The position numbers and the translations under genes are program-made. The notes below the pieces were generated by a model. The model saw nothing but the letters and a program-made list of their open reading frames with translations, did not search any database and was not told the DNA's origin. Shown in pieces: positions 20,451 to 29,796 of a DNA stretch of 32,000 nucleotides (its first letter is position 1; the number at the start of each line of letters is the position of its first letter). The stretch is taken from positions 660,001 to 692,000 of the forward strand of contig NC_005072.1 of the NCBI RefSeq assembly GCF_000011465.1, read 5' to 3'. This DNA is from Prochlorococcus marinus subsp. pastoris str. CCMP1986. Lineage in GTDB: Bacteria; Cyanobacteriota; Cyanobacteriia; PCC-6307; Cyanobiaceae.

Positions 20451-20474
20451 ATACATCAAAATATTTTGATGTAT
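20451..20474. promoter_or_regulatory. Candidate ArsR operator (perfect 24-bp palindrome)
   Basis: ATACATCAAAATATTTTGATGTAT is its own reverse complement and lies between divergent gap and arsR. Confidence 0.75.
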
Positions 20475-20490
20475 CAAGACCTTGTTGTTA

Positions 20491-20862
20491 ATGAAATCTT
20501 TTTTTTTAAGCTATAATAATAATAATTTAATTACTTTAAAATTGTTAAAAGAGAGTAGCAAAGTAAAAAAAGAAAATATATCTAAGTTGATAGTTTCATT
20601 TTCTGATCCTTTTAGACTAGAAATAATTGACCTAATGATGGATGGAGAAGTTTGTGTTTGCGATATTATGAAATTAACTAATTTATCTCAATCAAGAATT
20701 TCATATCATATAAAAATTTTGAAGGAAGCTGGTGTTATCACAGACAGACAAGAAGGTAGATGGGTGTATTACAGCCTAAATAAAGAATCTCTCTTTTTGA
20801 TCAAGGAATGGATAACTTCTTTGACAGATTATTCCTCAACTAGAATACGTTGCTGCAATTAA
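20491..20862 (+). CDS. arsR: ArsR/SmtB family transcriptional repressor
   Basis: EVCVCDI metal-binding motif, SQSRISYHIKILKEAGVI helix-turn-helix, C-terminal RIRCCN. Track start is TTG 20482; ATG 20491 is preferred. Confidence 0.92.
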   Translation: MKSFFLSYNNNNLITLKLLKESSKVKKENISKLIVSFSDPFRLEIIDLMMDGEVCVCDIMKLTNLSQSRISYHIKILKEAGVITDRQEGRWVYYSLNKESLFLIKEWITSLTDYSSTRIRCCN

Positions 20863-20880
20863 ATTATATTTTAAATTTTA

Positions 20881-21093
20881 TTAATTAACTTCTGATTCCC
20901 TGTCATAAGTCATTCCTGATTGTTCCATCCACTCAGCTTTAGTTTTGCAATTTTGTTTGTGATTAAAGATGTGAAAACCTTCAATAATAATCATTACGGA
21001 TAGAAGTAAAACAGGAATGAAATATACAGGTGAAGATATTACTTCTTTATATTTGATTTGAGCAATGAATTCCTTGTATTTAAACATCCCCAC
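20881..21093 (-). CDS. Small single-span membrane protein (70 aa)
   Basis: ORF track; one clear transmembrane segment. Confidence 0.6.
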   Translation of the reverse strand: MGMFKYKEFIAQIKYKEVISSPVYFIPVLLLSVMIIIEGFHIFNHKQNCKTKAEWMEQSGMTYDRESEVN

Positions 21094-21243
21094 AATTTCT
21101 TTTATTAAATAATATTCACCTATGGTTAAGTAAAGTTAAAGAAAAATTTTTTAAGAAATTAAATATAGAGATGTTTACTTAAAAAATAAAACCTTACTAA
21201 TTGAAAGTCAAACTAAAATAAAAACAGTAATAAGTATTTTAAA

Positions 21244-21411
21244 ATGAGTAAATTTTCCTCTAAAGAAATAGAAAGTCAATACAACCTGATAAAAATGCTT
21301 TTATCTGATCCTGAAAAATATAAAGATGCGATAGATGCAGTTAAAAAAGATATTGATTATATGCCAGTAGAACTAAAGAAAAAACTTGAAGAAGAAAAAA
21401 TTACTTTATAA
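21244..21411 (+). CDS. Hypothetical 55-aa protein (MSKFSSKEIESQYNLIKMLLSDPEKYKDAIDAVKKDIDYMPVELKKKLEEEKITL)
   Basis: Manually read ORF with coding-like composition; overlaps the 3' end of convergent acr3 by 11 bp. Confidence 0.55.
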   Translation: MSKFSSKEIESQYNLIKMLLSDPEKYKDAIDAVKKDIDYMPVELKKKLEEEKITL

Positions 21412-22411
21412 ATAATTTTTTGGAAGACTTAGAAATATTTACTAAATAAAGCATCAAAGGAACTTCTACAAGTACTCCAACTATGGTAGCTAAAGCAGCT
21501 CCTGAATTAATCCCAAAAAGAGTTATCGATACAGCTACTGCAAGTTCAAAAAAGTTTGAAGCGGCTATCATAGAGCCTGGACACGAAATAGAATACTTTT
21601 GCCTAAAAAACTTCATTGAAAAAGCAGTTAAATAAAAAATAAAAAGAGTCTGTATTATTAATGGAATTGAAATTAAGATTATATGAATAGGATTTTGTAA
21701 TATAGATTTTGATTGAACAAAGAATAATAAAAAGACTGTAAGAATTAAAAAGAATAACGAATAACTTTTACTTTTATTCAAAATACTTTTTATTCTTTTT
21801 TCGCTATAGATTTTATTTTTTAAAAATAATGCTAGAAAAAGTGGTACCAAAATAAAGATTATTACAGAACTAAAAACAGTATCTAACGGGATATCTATAC
21901 TGTTAAATCCTAAAAGAATTTTTGACAATAATGGAAAGGCTAATATTAATATTAGATCATTAATAGCTACTTGTATTAAAGTAAATAAAGGATCTCCTTT
22001 AGCTAGATTACTCCAGACAAAAACCATTGCTGTACATGGCGCTATTCCTAATAGAATCATTCCAGAAACATATTCTTTAGCAAGTACAGGATCTATCAAA
22101 TTACCATATAAAAAATATAAAAAAGAGGCTGCGATGATTGCCATTGAAACTGGTTTTATTAACCAATTAATAAAAAGGACAATAGAAAATCCTTTAATCT
22201 TATATTTCAAATTTATGACTGACTTGAAATCTATTGATAACATCATTGGGAAAATCATTCCCCAAATAAGAATTGCTATTGGAAGATTTATTCTTGAGAG
22301 TTCTAATCCGCCTATAAATTGAGATAAATTAGGAAATAAATAACCGGATAAAGATCCAATACACATTGCCGAGAAAACCCAAATACTTAGATATCTATCA
22401 GAAAATTTCAT
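21401..22411 (-). CDS. acr3: Arsenite efflux transporter Acr3
   Basis: Acr3-like signatures LLGIAPCTAMVFVWSNLAKGDPLFTLIQVAINDL and NFFELAVAVSITLFG; arsenic gene neighbourhood. Confidence 0.93.
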   Translation of the reverse strand: MKFSDRYLSIWVFSAMCIGSLSGYLFPNLSQFIGGLELSRINLPIAILIWGMIFPMMLSIDFKSVINLKYKIKGFSIVLFINWLIKPVSMAIIAASFLYFLYGNLIDPVLAKEYVSGMILLGIAPCTAMVFVWSNLAKGDPLFTLIQVAINDLILILAFPLLSKILLGFNSIDIPLDTVFSSVIIFILVPLFLALFLKNKIYSEKRIKSILNKSKSYSLFFLILTVFLLFFVQSKSILQNPIHIILISIPLIIQTLFIFYLTAFSMKFFRQKYSISCPGSMIAASNFFELAVAVSITLFGINSGAALATIVGVLVEVPLMLYLVNISKSSKKLFIK

Positions 22412-22454
22412 TTAATTTTTTTAATCAACTATCCAAAATAGTACTTTATTTAAT

Positions 22455-22706
22455 CTAAATAATAGCCTTTCTTATTTTTGCAGTAATCCATTCACTAAAA
22501 ATTACCGCTACAACTATTGCTAATAAAATAACTGATACCTTAGCCCAAGCTAAGTCTCCTATTTGAGGATCTAATTCTATCCCTATACCTCCTGCTCCAA
22601 CTAAGCCAACAACAGTTGCTTCTCTAATATTTATATCCCACCTGTAAATAGAAATACTCGTAAATGCAGGGAGAATTTGGGGCACTATACCAAATTTACC
22701 ATGTTT
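22455..22706 (-). pseudogene. C-terminal remnant of a phosphonate/phosphite ABC transporter permease (PhnE/PtxC-like)
   Basis: KFGIVPQILPAFTSISIYRWDINIREATVVGLVGAGGIGIEL matches the conserved PhnE C-terminus. The open frame is cut by an in-frame stop upstream, and the other ~200 residues are absent. Confidence 0.85.
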
Positions 22707-22866
22707 GATAAAGATTAATTAAAAAACAAAAGTAGTTTAAGGTCTGTTTATTAATCATTTAACTTTTAGATTCTCAAATTTTAATCAAATATGCCTAGCT
22801 CATTAAATATTTTTTAATTTATTTTTAACTTTATAAATTTAACGTAAAAGTTGACTTTAAAAAAAT

Positions 22867-23403
22867 ATGATAATTCCTGAAAAACAAAATATTGATCTTG
22901 AAGAAAATACTATTTTGGAAGTTAAATCAGGAATATTAATTCTGGAAGCTAAAATTATAAAAAAGAAATTTATAGTTGGGATAATAAAAGAAGAGTGTGT
23001 AATAAATTTGGCATTTAGTAATTTTAAAAATATTAAATTAATTGCTTTAACAAATTGCGAAATTAATACTATTGAAAAAGGAGTATATTTTTCATCTAAA
23101 GATTTATTAATAAAAAGCTTAACAAGAATTGATCAATTGGAAAAACTTTTGACAATAAGAGAAATTAACAAATCAGAAGAAAAGCTCAAAGAATTTCTTT
23201 TATATTTATCTTCAATAATTGGCTTAAAAAAAGATAATCATATTTATCTAAATTTAAAAAAATATAATTTTACTCAGAAACTCATAGGCTATTCAATTTC
23301 TACAACAAGAGTAACTATTACAAGAGGTTTAAAAAATCTAGAAAAAAAAGGTTGGCTTAAATTAGAAAAAAAAGGGATTTTAATTCCTTTTAAAGATAAT
23401 TAA
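22867..23403 (+). CDS. Short Crp/Fnr-family regulator (candidate PtrA-like)
   Basis: C-terminal helix-turn-helix with YNFTQKLIGYSISTTRVTITRGLKNLEKKGWLKL; reduced, divergent N-terminal sensor domain; position in the phosphate island. Confidence 0.75.
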   Translation: MIIPEKQNIDLEENTILEVKSGILILEAKIIKKKFIVGIIKEECVINLAFSNFKNIKLIALTNCEINTIEKGVYFSSKDLLIKSLTRIDQLEKLLTIREINKSEEKLKEFLLYLSSIIGLKKDNHIYLNLKKYNFTQKLIGYSISTTRVTITRGLKNLEKKGWLKLEKKGILIPFKDN

Positions 23404-23453
23404 CCAAATCTTAATTAAACAGACTTATTTTTAAAACTAAATAAAATAGTTTT

Positions 23454-23759
23454 ATGTCTTGCTCAGTAACATCAGTTTTCACTTTTAAAATCGAAAGTAC
23501 TTTCGATGAATGGGCTGCAATATTTGATAGTGCAGAAGCAGATAAAAGGCATTCAGAATTTGATATTAAGCCACTTTTTAGAGGAGTAAGTAAGGAAGAT
23601 CCTCAAAAAGTTATTGTTATTCATCAAGCTCCAGAAGGTAATGTTCAAAAGTTTGTAGAAGCTAATGGTGACTGGATGGCAACTCATAGAGTTGACTTAT
23701 CAACAATGGAAGAATCATCTTGGACTTCTTCAGCAACAACGGAAAGTTGTTGTGATTAA
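23454..23759 (+). CDS. DUF3764-like protein (101 aa) with C-terminal Cys-Cys
   Basis: ORF track; EWAAIFDSAEADKRHSEFDIKPLFRGV and MATHRVDLSTMEESSW; family name is from memory. Confidence 0.7.
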   Translation: MSCSVTSVFTFKIESTFDEWAAIFDSAEADKRHSEFDIKPLFRGVSKEDPQKVIVIHQAPEGNVQKFVEANGDWMATHRVDLSTMEESSWTSSATTESCCD

Positions 23760-23762
23760 CAA

Positions 23763-24013
23763 ATGAAAAGACTACTATTCCCACTACTAGCTCTCTCAAC
23801 TATTTTCCTTGCGAGTTGTACTAATAACTCAAACAAAATAGGTACTCAAAAGGTTTCTGAAACCCAAGAAGCAGAGAGAAGTTTGTCTCGATTGGTATGG
23901 CTACAGAATTGATACCAAGAAAGCAATTAATGATTTAAGATCTTAAAGTTGAAACCGAATCAGAATTAATGACTTATTGTGATTTCTTCAAGAATGTAGC
24001 TGATACAAAATAG
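23763..24013 (+). pseudogene. Decayed small lipoprotein gene
   Basis: MKRLLFPLLALSTIFLASC lipoprotein signal, then a frameshift to a continuing frame EVCLDWYGYRIDTKKAINDLRS*, then KVETESELMTYCDFFKNVADTK* in another frame. Confidence 0.6.
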
Positions 24014-24045
24014 TGCGTATTTAATATCTAAAATATATTTTGAAG

Positions 24046-24228
24046 TTATTTTATTTCTAACTTCTCCGCCTTCCTCAGTATTTGATTCTTCAAAAAAACA
24101 AGCGCGTCTAATTTTTCTTCTTTTTCTTCAATATTTACAAATTTCATTTCTGCAATTTCAATAATTGCTTTATTAACATTTTTAAGCTGTTTCTTAATAA
24201 TTCTTTTTGGGATTTTAATAGATTCCAT
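24046..24228 (-). CDS. Hypothetical basic/helical protein (60 aa)
   Basis: ORF track. Confidence 0.5.
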   Translation of the reverse strand: MESIKIPKRIIKKQLKNVNKAIIEIAEMKFVNIEEKEEKLDALVFLKNQILRKAEKLEIK

Positions 24229-24389
24229 TGGAATTAATATTTTCTTTATATTCCCTTTATTTTTATTAAAAGCAAGCCCCTTACTACAAAATTCTTTTAA
24301 TTATTTAATTTATAATTTTTTTATTTAATCTTGCGGTTCTTTATTAGGAAAATAATTTAATATTTTCCGTTTTTTATCAGTATTTAATC

Positions 24390-24665
24390 TTAAATAGAAA
24401 TTTTATCTAATGGCAAAATTTCTTGAGCTTTAATCGATTCTGAATGAATGTCATTCTCTAATGTTTTATATAGTCTTCTTGATTGAGGTGATTTGAGCGC
24501 ATTATTATAATTTTCAATAAATTCAGAGTCATTCAAAAAAGATTTTTGTTCACTTTTAAAATTTTCTTTATAAGAATAATTAATAGATTTGATCTTTATT
24601 TCTTGATTATCACTATATGAGGAAGATGAATTTTTAAAAATCATTTTTATATTTACTCTGTTCAA
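24390..24665 (-). CDS. Hypothetical protein (91 aa)
   Basis: ORF track. Confidence 0.5.
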   Translation of the reverse strand: MNRVNIKMIFKNSSSSYSDNQEIKIKSINYSYKENFKSEQKSFLNDSEFIENYNNALKSPQSRRLYKTLENDIHSESIKAQEILPLDKISI

Positions 24666-25012
24666 TATTTAAGACGTTAAAATAAATAACACATTATTAT
24701 ATTATTTTCCTTAGATTAAGAAGTAATTAAGCAAAAAATAAATTTGTTTAAAAATATTTTTTAAATTTCTAAATGAAATATTTTTTTATCGGTAATAGCT
24801 TATTTAATCAAAATTTAATTAAGTGTTAACAATAGAGACCTATAAAATAAAAATTAATAAATAACAACTTATCGAATTTATTGCTTTTTCACTTCTTGAA
24901 AATAAAAAATCTGAAGATAGATTGTACAGAAAAGAAATTCAGAGTTATCTTACCCAACTTAATAAAAGACACTTAAAAGCAATTACAAGTGAATTTATCC
25001 TCTAAAAAAACT

Positions 25013-25351
25013 ATGAAAAAGCTATTAATTCTTACTACCCTTATAATTTCTTCTTGTAGTACTAAGGATGAACTATCCATTACTGATGAAAATGCATTAT
25101 TTTCTGTAACTAAAGAAAGTGCAGTTCTTGTATGTGGAGGTAAATCAAGATTAATTGAAAGTAATAATGAAGAAATAATCAAAGTAGAAATCAAGGATTC
25201 TTCGAGTACTGAAAAAGAAAAATTTGTTCAATTTACTCTCGTTGAGACAGATAGAAAAGGGGGTAAATATAGAATTGTTAATTGTTATCCAAATAAAGAT
25301 CCTAAAAAATCGGTAATTAAAACAATAAAGACTAATTACAAGTTAAATTAG
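25013..25351 (+). CDS. Small predicted lipoprotein
   Basis: MKKLLILTTLIISSCS lipobox if started at the internal ATG (track start is 24989). Confidence 0.65.
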   Translation: MKKLLILTTLIISSCSTKDELSITDENALFSVTKESAVLVCGGKSRLIESNNEEIIKVEIKDSSSTEKEKFVQFTLVETDRKGGKYRIVNCYPNKDPKKSVIKTIKTNYKLN

Positions 25352-25368
25352 TTTTAATTGATATAACG

Positions 25369-25602
25369 CTAACCACCAGTACAGAAACGAACCGCATCAG
25401 ATGTTGGCGAACCAGTCGCTTTCATTTCTTCAACACATTCATTAAAGAACTTTGATTCTTTTTTTAATGAGCAAAAGCTTAGTGCAATAGCTACTAAGGC
25501 AACAGCTGATACAACTGCAGATCCTAGTTGTATCACTCCATAAGCAAGCATAGCTTTATTCTTTTTAAAATCTTTTTTTGTATCTTTCTTTTTATCAGAC
25601 AT
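25369..25602 (-). CDS. Small membrane protein, paralog of 5181..5417
   Basis: Shared pattern AYGxIQLxSxxVSAxALxAIAxxFCSxKKESKxFNxCVxE...AVRxCxGG. Confidence 0.8.
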   Translation of the reverse strand: MSDKKKDTKKDFKKNKAMLAYGVIQLGSAVVSAVALVAIALSFCSLKKESKFFNECVEEMKATGSPTSDAVRFCTGG

Positions 25603-25813
25603 TTTTTTAAAATTCTAAGCTTATTATACTCTACTAATTAACTAGACTCCACATACAGAAAAGGTAAGTTATGACTTAAATGATAATTGTATATTGTTAT
25701 CCCCTCAGTTTCCATTTCCAGATCGTATTCATCCATGGTTAAGTAAAGTTAAAGAAAATTTTATTTAAAAAATAAATATAAAGATATTTTCTTTTCGTAA
25801 CTTTTATATATAC

Positions 25814-25831
25814 CTTTAACCCTTCTTAAAG
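25814..25831 (+). promoter_or_regulatory. Candidate Pho-box-like motif upstream of pstC
   Basis: CTTTAACCCTTCTTAAAG with TTAA cores 10 bp apart, about 50 bp upstream of pstC. Confidence 0.4.
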
Positions 25832-25878
25832 TCTTTTGGAAAATTTAATAGTAGTTTTATAGAACATATCCTTTTTTA

Positions 25879-26826
25879 ATGGAAGAGAAATTAATTCTTT
25901 TCAAGAATCGTAAAAGATACGGGATTGAAAAAAATATAGATATCATATTTAAAAATACAACCCTAGTCTTGTCTAGTCTTGTATCAATAGTACTATTTGG
26001 AATTATTTTAGTAGTCTTTATTCAGTCATTTGAATCATTCTCAAGATATGGCTTGAATTTTCTTGTAACTTCTGAATGGAATCCTGTAAGAGATGAATAT
26101 GGAGCTTTTACTGCAATATATGGGACATTAGTTACTTCTATTTTTTCATTATTGATTACTATCCCTTTAGGCGTTGGAACTGCGATATTTATTACAGAGG
26201 ATTTTGTTCCGAAATTTGTCAGAGAAATAGTAGGTTCATTTGTTGAATTACTAGCAGCTATACCATCTGTTGTATTGGGATTATGGGCAATATTCGTTAT
26301 GGAACCTTTCCTTAGAGTCTTTTTTGTCTTTTTACATAATTTCTTTGGTTGGATTCCTTTATTCAGTTCGGAGCCTGCTGGTCGGAATTCACTTTTAGCG
26401 ATAATAATTTTAGTGGTAATGCTTTTGCCAATAGTGACATCTATTGCAAGAGATTCTCTTAATCAAGTTCCAAAAAAGCTTAGGAATGCAGCCTATGGAA
26501 TTGGTGCAAGTAGATGGAAAACTATATTTTCGGTAATTTTGCCTGCTGCATTATCTGGAATTATGGCAGGTATTCTTTTAGCTTTAGGCAGAGCTATGGG
26601 AGAAACTATGGCTGTCACAATGATTATTGGAAATTCCAATTCATTTAGTTGGTCACTATTATCGCCTGGATATACCATCTCCTCTATGCTTGCAAATCAA
26701 TTTGGAGAAGCAGATGGAAGTCAGGTCTCATCACTTTTTTATGCAGCTTTTGTACTTATGATACTTTCTTTAGTGGTCAATATTTTTGCTCAATGGTTAG
26801 TTAAGAAGTTTAGTCTTAAATATTAG
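25879..26826 (+). CDS. pstC: Phosphate ABC transporter permease PstC
   Basis: Binding-protein-dependent permease motif AAYGIGASRWKTIFSVILPAALSGIMAG, GRAMGETMAV. Confidence 0.97.
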   Translation: MEEKLILFKNRKRYGIEKNIDIIFKNTTLVLSSLVSIVLFGIILVVFIQSFESFSRYGLNFLVTSEWNPVRDEYGAFTAIYGTLVTSIFSLLITIPLGVGTAIFITEDFVPKFVREIVGSFVELLAAIPSVVLGLWAIFVMEPFLRVFFVFLHNFFGWIPLFSSEPAGRNSLLAIIILVVMLLPIVTSIARDSLNQVPKKLRNAAYGIGASRWKTIFSVILPAALSGIMAGILLALGRAMGETMAVTMIIGNSNSFSWSLLSPGYTISSMLANQFGEADGSQVSSLFYAAFVLMILSLVVNIFAQWLVKKFSLKY

Positions 26827-26832
26827 ATAATT

Positions 26833-27726
26833 ATGAATTCTCTTTATTACCAGAAAAAACTATCAAGAAATGTGGGAGATAAATTCTTCACTTCTTTATC
26901 AGTTTTTTGCGCACTCATTGCAATACTTCCTTTGATTTTTGTAGTTACTTATATTCTTATTAAAGGGGGAGCTCAGATAAATCTTGATCTATTTACTTTA
27001 GAACCAAATCCTCCTGGAGATGATTTAGATGCAGGGGGAATTAATCCTGCATTAATTGGGACACTAATAATTACAACTATTGCTTCAATTATCGCCATAC
27101 CAGTAGGGGTAGGCGGAGGTATTTATCTAGCTGAATATTCAAAGGGGGGGGCTTTTTCAAAATTTATTCGATTCGGAGTTAATGTTTTAGCTGGTGTTCC
27201 TTCAATAATTGCAGGTGTATTTATTTATGCCTTAATCGTTTCAACAAAAATTTTATTTGGCAGTATGTACAGTGGTTTAGCAGGTGGTATGGCTCTTTCA
27301 ATATTGATGTTGCCTACAGTTATAAAAACTACTGATGAAGGTTTAAAGTTAGTACCAAATGAATTAAGGTATGCTTCTCTAGGCATAGGAGCAAGTATGT
27401 ATACAACAATATTAAAAATAACTTTACCTTCAGCATTTAGATCTATTGCTACTGGTGTTGTGCTTGGAATCGCAAGAGCAGCAGGCGAAACGGCACCATT
27501 AATTTTTACTGCTTTATTCTCTTATTACTACATAACGGGATTTGGAGATTTGTTCTATGAAATGGGCTCTTTAGCGGTGCTGATATACAATTTTGCCCTT
27601 GAACCTTATGATGCGCAGAATAAACTAGCTTGGGCAGCTTCTTTTATTCTTGTTATAACAATACTGTCAGTGAATATATTTTCACGGATATTGGCCGCTT
27701 TTACTGAGAAAACCAAGAGGGTATGA
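26833..27726 (+). CDS. pstA: Phosphate ABC transporter permease PstA
   Basis: [44 protein letters not shown]. Confidence 0.97.
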   Translation: MNSLYYQKKLSRNVGDKFFTSLSVFCALIAILPLIFVVTYILIKGGAQINLDLFTLEPNPPGDDLDAGGINPALIGTLIITTIASIIAIPVGVGGGIYLAEYSKGGAFSKFIRFGVNVLAGVPSIIAGVFIYALIVSTKILFGSMYSGLAGGMALSILMLPTVIKTTDEGLKLVPNELRYASLGIGASMYTTILKITLPSAFRSIATGVVLGIARAAGETAPLIFTALFSYYYITGFGDLFYEMGSLAVLIYNFALEPYDAQNKLAWAASFILVITILSVNIFSRILAAFTEKTKRV

Positions 27727-27727
27727 A

Positions 27728-28537
27728 ATGATTAAAAATACTAAAAAGTCGCAAAAGAATAAAATTTTAACTCTTGAGGATGTTTCTATTAGTTATGGTA
27801 CTTTTGAAGCCGTAAGAAATGTTTTTTGCAATTTTAAAAGTGGAGATATAACTTCACTCATCGGCCCTTCTGGTTGCGGAAAATCAACAGTTCTTAGAGC
27901 TTTAAATAGAATGAACGATTTAATTCCTAATTGTTCATTGAGAGGGACGGTCCTCTTCGATGGAACTAACATTTATGACAAAAGAGTAGATCCAGTTGAA
28001 GTTAGAAGAAGAATCGGAATGGTTTTTCAACAACCTAATCCTTTTCCTAAATCTATCTACGAAAATATTGCATTTGGAGCAAGAATTAATGGATTTGTAG
28101 GTGATATGGATGAACTAGTTGAAAGTTCACTAAGAAAAGCTGCTGTATGGAGTGAATGTAAGGATAAATTAAATGATAGTGGTTACTCCTTATCTGGAGG
28201 ACAACAACAAAGACTATGTATAGCAAGAACCATTGCAATTGAACCGGAAATAATACTTATGGATGAACCTTGTTCAGCATTAGATCCTATTTCAACTTTA
28301 AAAATAGAGGAGACTATGCATGAACTTAAGAAGAATTATACAATAATAATTGTGACTCACAATATGCAGCAGGCTCTAAGAGTTAGTGATATGACTGCAT
28401 TCTTTAATGCAGTTGAATACGAAGAAGGAGATGGAGGAAAGGTTGGATATCTAGCGGAATTCGATTCTACAAAGAAGATTTTTAGTTCTCCTAAGGAAAA
28501 AACTACTCAAGAATATATCTCAGGGAAATTCGGATAA
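27728..28537 (+). CDS. pstB: Phosphate ABC transporter ATP-binding protein PstB
   Basis: Walker [10 protein letters not shown], signature [16 protein letters not shown], Walker B IILMDEP. Confidence 0.98.
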   Translation: MIKNTKKSQKNKILTLEDVSISYGTFEAVRNVFCNFKSGDITSLIGPSGCGKSTVLRALNRMNDLIPNCSLRGTVLFDGTNIYDKRVDPVEVRRRIGMVFQQPNPFPKSIYENIAFGARINGFVGDMDELVESSLRKAAVWSECKDKLNDSGYSLSGGQQQRLCIARTIAIEPEIILMDEPCSALDPISTLKIEETMHELKKNYTIIIVTHNMQQALRVSDMTAFFNAVEYEEGDGGKVGYLAEFDSTKKIFSSPKEKTTQEYISGKFG

Positions 28538-28772
28538 CTTTTATTTCTTACCTATAAAAGACGAATTTAAACTATTTAAGGGGATTAGGTCTAGACAAAC
28601 AGTATAAATACCTATATAGTAATTTCTAATTTCCAAAGTAAATTTGAAAAACTTTCCTTATCTTCCTTTTTTAATCTTTGCAGGCGCATTAATAACAACA
28701 GCTACTATAGGCTTACCAGTATTCACATCATAAATTTTGAACTCTTTTTTAATCTCTGATGTTATTGTGATT

Positions 28773-28889
28773 ATGAAAAAAGAAGATTTAACCGCAAGTC
28801 CTCATATAACATCAATAGATAGAGATTTATTTGACTTTATAAAAAACAGAGTGAAGATAGGTTTATGTGTGAGTGAAAATTTGTTTTAA
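28773..28889 (+). CDS. Possible 38-aa peptide (MKKEDLTASPHITSIDRDLFDFIKNRVKIGLCVSENLF)
   Basis: Manually read short ORF; weak support. Confidence 0.25.
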   Translation: MKKEDLTASPHITSIDRDLFDFIKNRVKIGLCVSENLF

Positions 28890-28928
28890 AACCATCATTT
28901 CAAGTGGTGTATTTCTAACTAATTAACT

Positions 28929-29078
28929 ATGAATAAAACTCAAGAACAATTGGAAAAACTAAGAGAGGTCGCTGAGGCTTCTCTAACAAAGACAGAAGAA
29001 CTGCATAAAGTTTTAGCTCAAATAGAAGCTCTTATGTCTAGAGAAGAAATGCAAAAAGTATCTAAAAAAAATAAATAG
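28929..29078 (+). CDS. Possible 49-aa coiled-coil protein (MNKTQEQLEKLREVAEASLTKTEELHKVLAQIEALMSREEMQKVSKKNK)
   Basis: Manually read ORF with heptad-like hydrophobic spacing and coding-like composition. Confidence 0.55.
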   Translation: MNKTQEQLEKLREVAEASLTKTEELHKVLAQIEALMSREEMQKVSKKNK

Positions 29079-29267
29079 GAGATTAAGAAAAAATATTTAA
29101 ATTGTACTTTTTATTACATCTGTACAATATAAAATTCGTTATCAATTAATTAACAGAACCCGTTCCAAAGTTTCTGTCAGGTCTCGAGGTCTTACCTTCT
29201 TTAAGTAAAAGATCTCTTTTTATTTGAAATTGCTTAATATATAGAGTTTACTAAATATTTGAAGGAA

Positions 29268-29576
29268 TTAATTTATAACCTTACTTACTTCTTTCTTGCA
29301 AACATTTACATCGAAAGATTCAGTTCCAACAATTTCTAAGCCTGTTTTCTCAGTGACTTTTACAGTAGCGTTGCACTCATCTTGTTTAAGAGCCATATAG
29401 CTGGGCTTTTTATTATCTAGTTCTATCTCAGTTTCGGGTTCAAGATTAATATCTTTTTCATATTGCTCCATTACTAATGTAAGGGCTTCAATCTCTACAG
29501 AAAAGTTTTCATTAGCATTTAGTCCCAAGGGCACTAACAGAACTTGAAATATAAGAATAGTTATTAATTTTTTCAT
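29268..29576 (-). CDS. Secreted hypothetical protein (102 aa)
   Basis: N-terminal signal peptide (...VLLVPLGLNANE); two Cys in the mature region. Confidence 0.65.
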   Translation of the reverse strand: MKKLITILIFQVLLVPLGLNANENFSVEIEALTLVMEQYEKDINLEPETEIELDNKKPSYMALKQDECNATVKVTEKTGLEIVGTESFDVNVCKKEVSKVIN

Positions 29577-29796
29577 TATTAAAAGTTAAGTTTATTTTTT
29601 TTATAACGTAATTATCAAGTTAAGGAAAGGGTAAAAACTTTTATATTATTTTCTTGGGAACTTATTTTTATCATTAACTATACAAATTTCTTAATTTAAT
29701 TTACTAAATGAATAATAATAATGAGATTTATATGTATAAATTAGTACGCTCAAAGAATGAATTTAATTATTATTATTTTTAATAATTCTGTAGATT

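Noticed and set aside
22134-22322. Plus-strand ORF inside acr3
   Set aside because: Shadow of the acr3 coding strand with no independent support.
22780-22866. Pho box upstream of the Crp-like regulator
   Set aside because: TTAAC-type cores exist, but they are spaced about 14 bp rather than 11 bp, so I do not support a PhoB site here.
24973-25194. Minus-strand ORF opposite the lipoprotein gene
   Set aside because: The plus-strand ORF has a convincing lipobox signal peptide; the antisense frame does not look protein-like.
26493-26678. Minus-strand ORF inside pstC
   Set aside because: Antisense to the conserved permease motif region of pstC.
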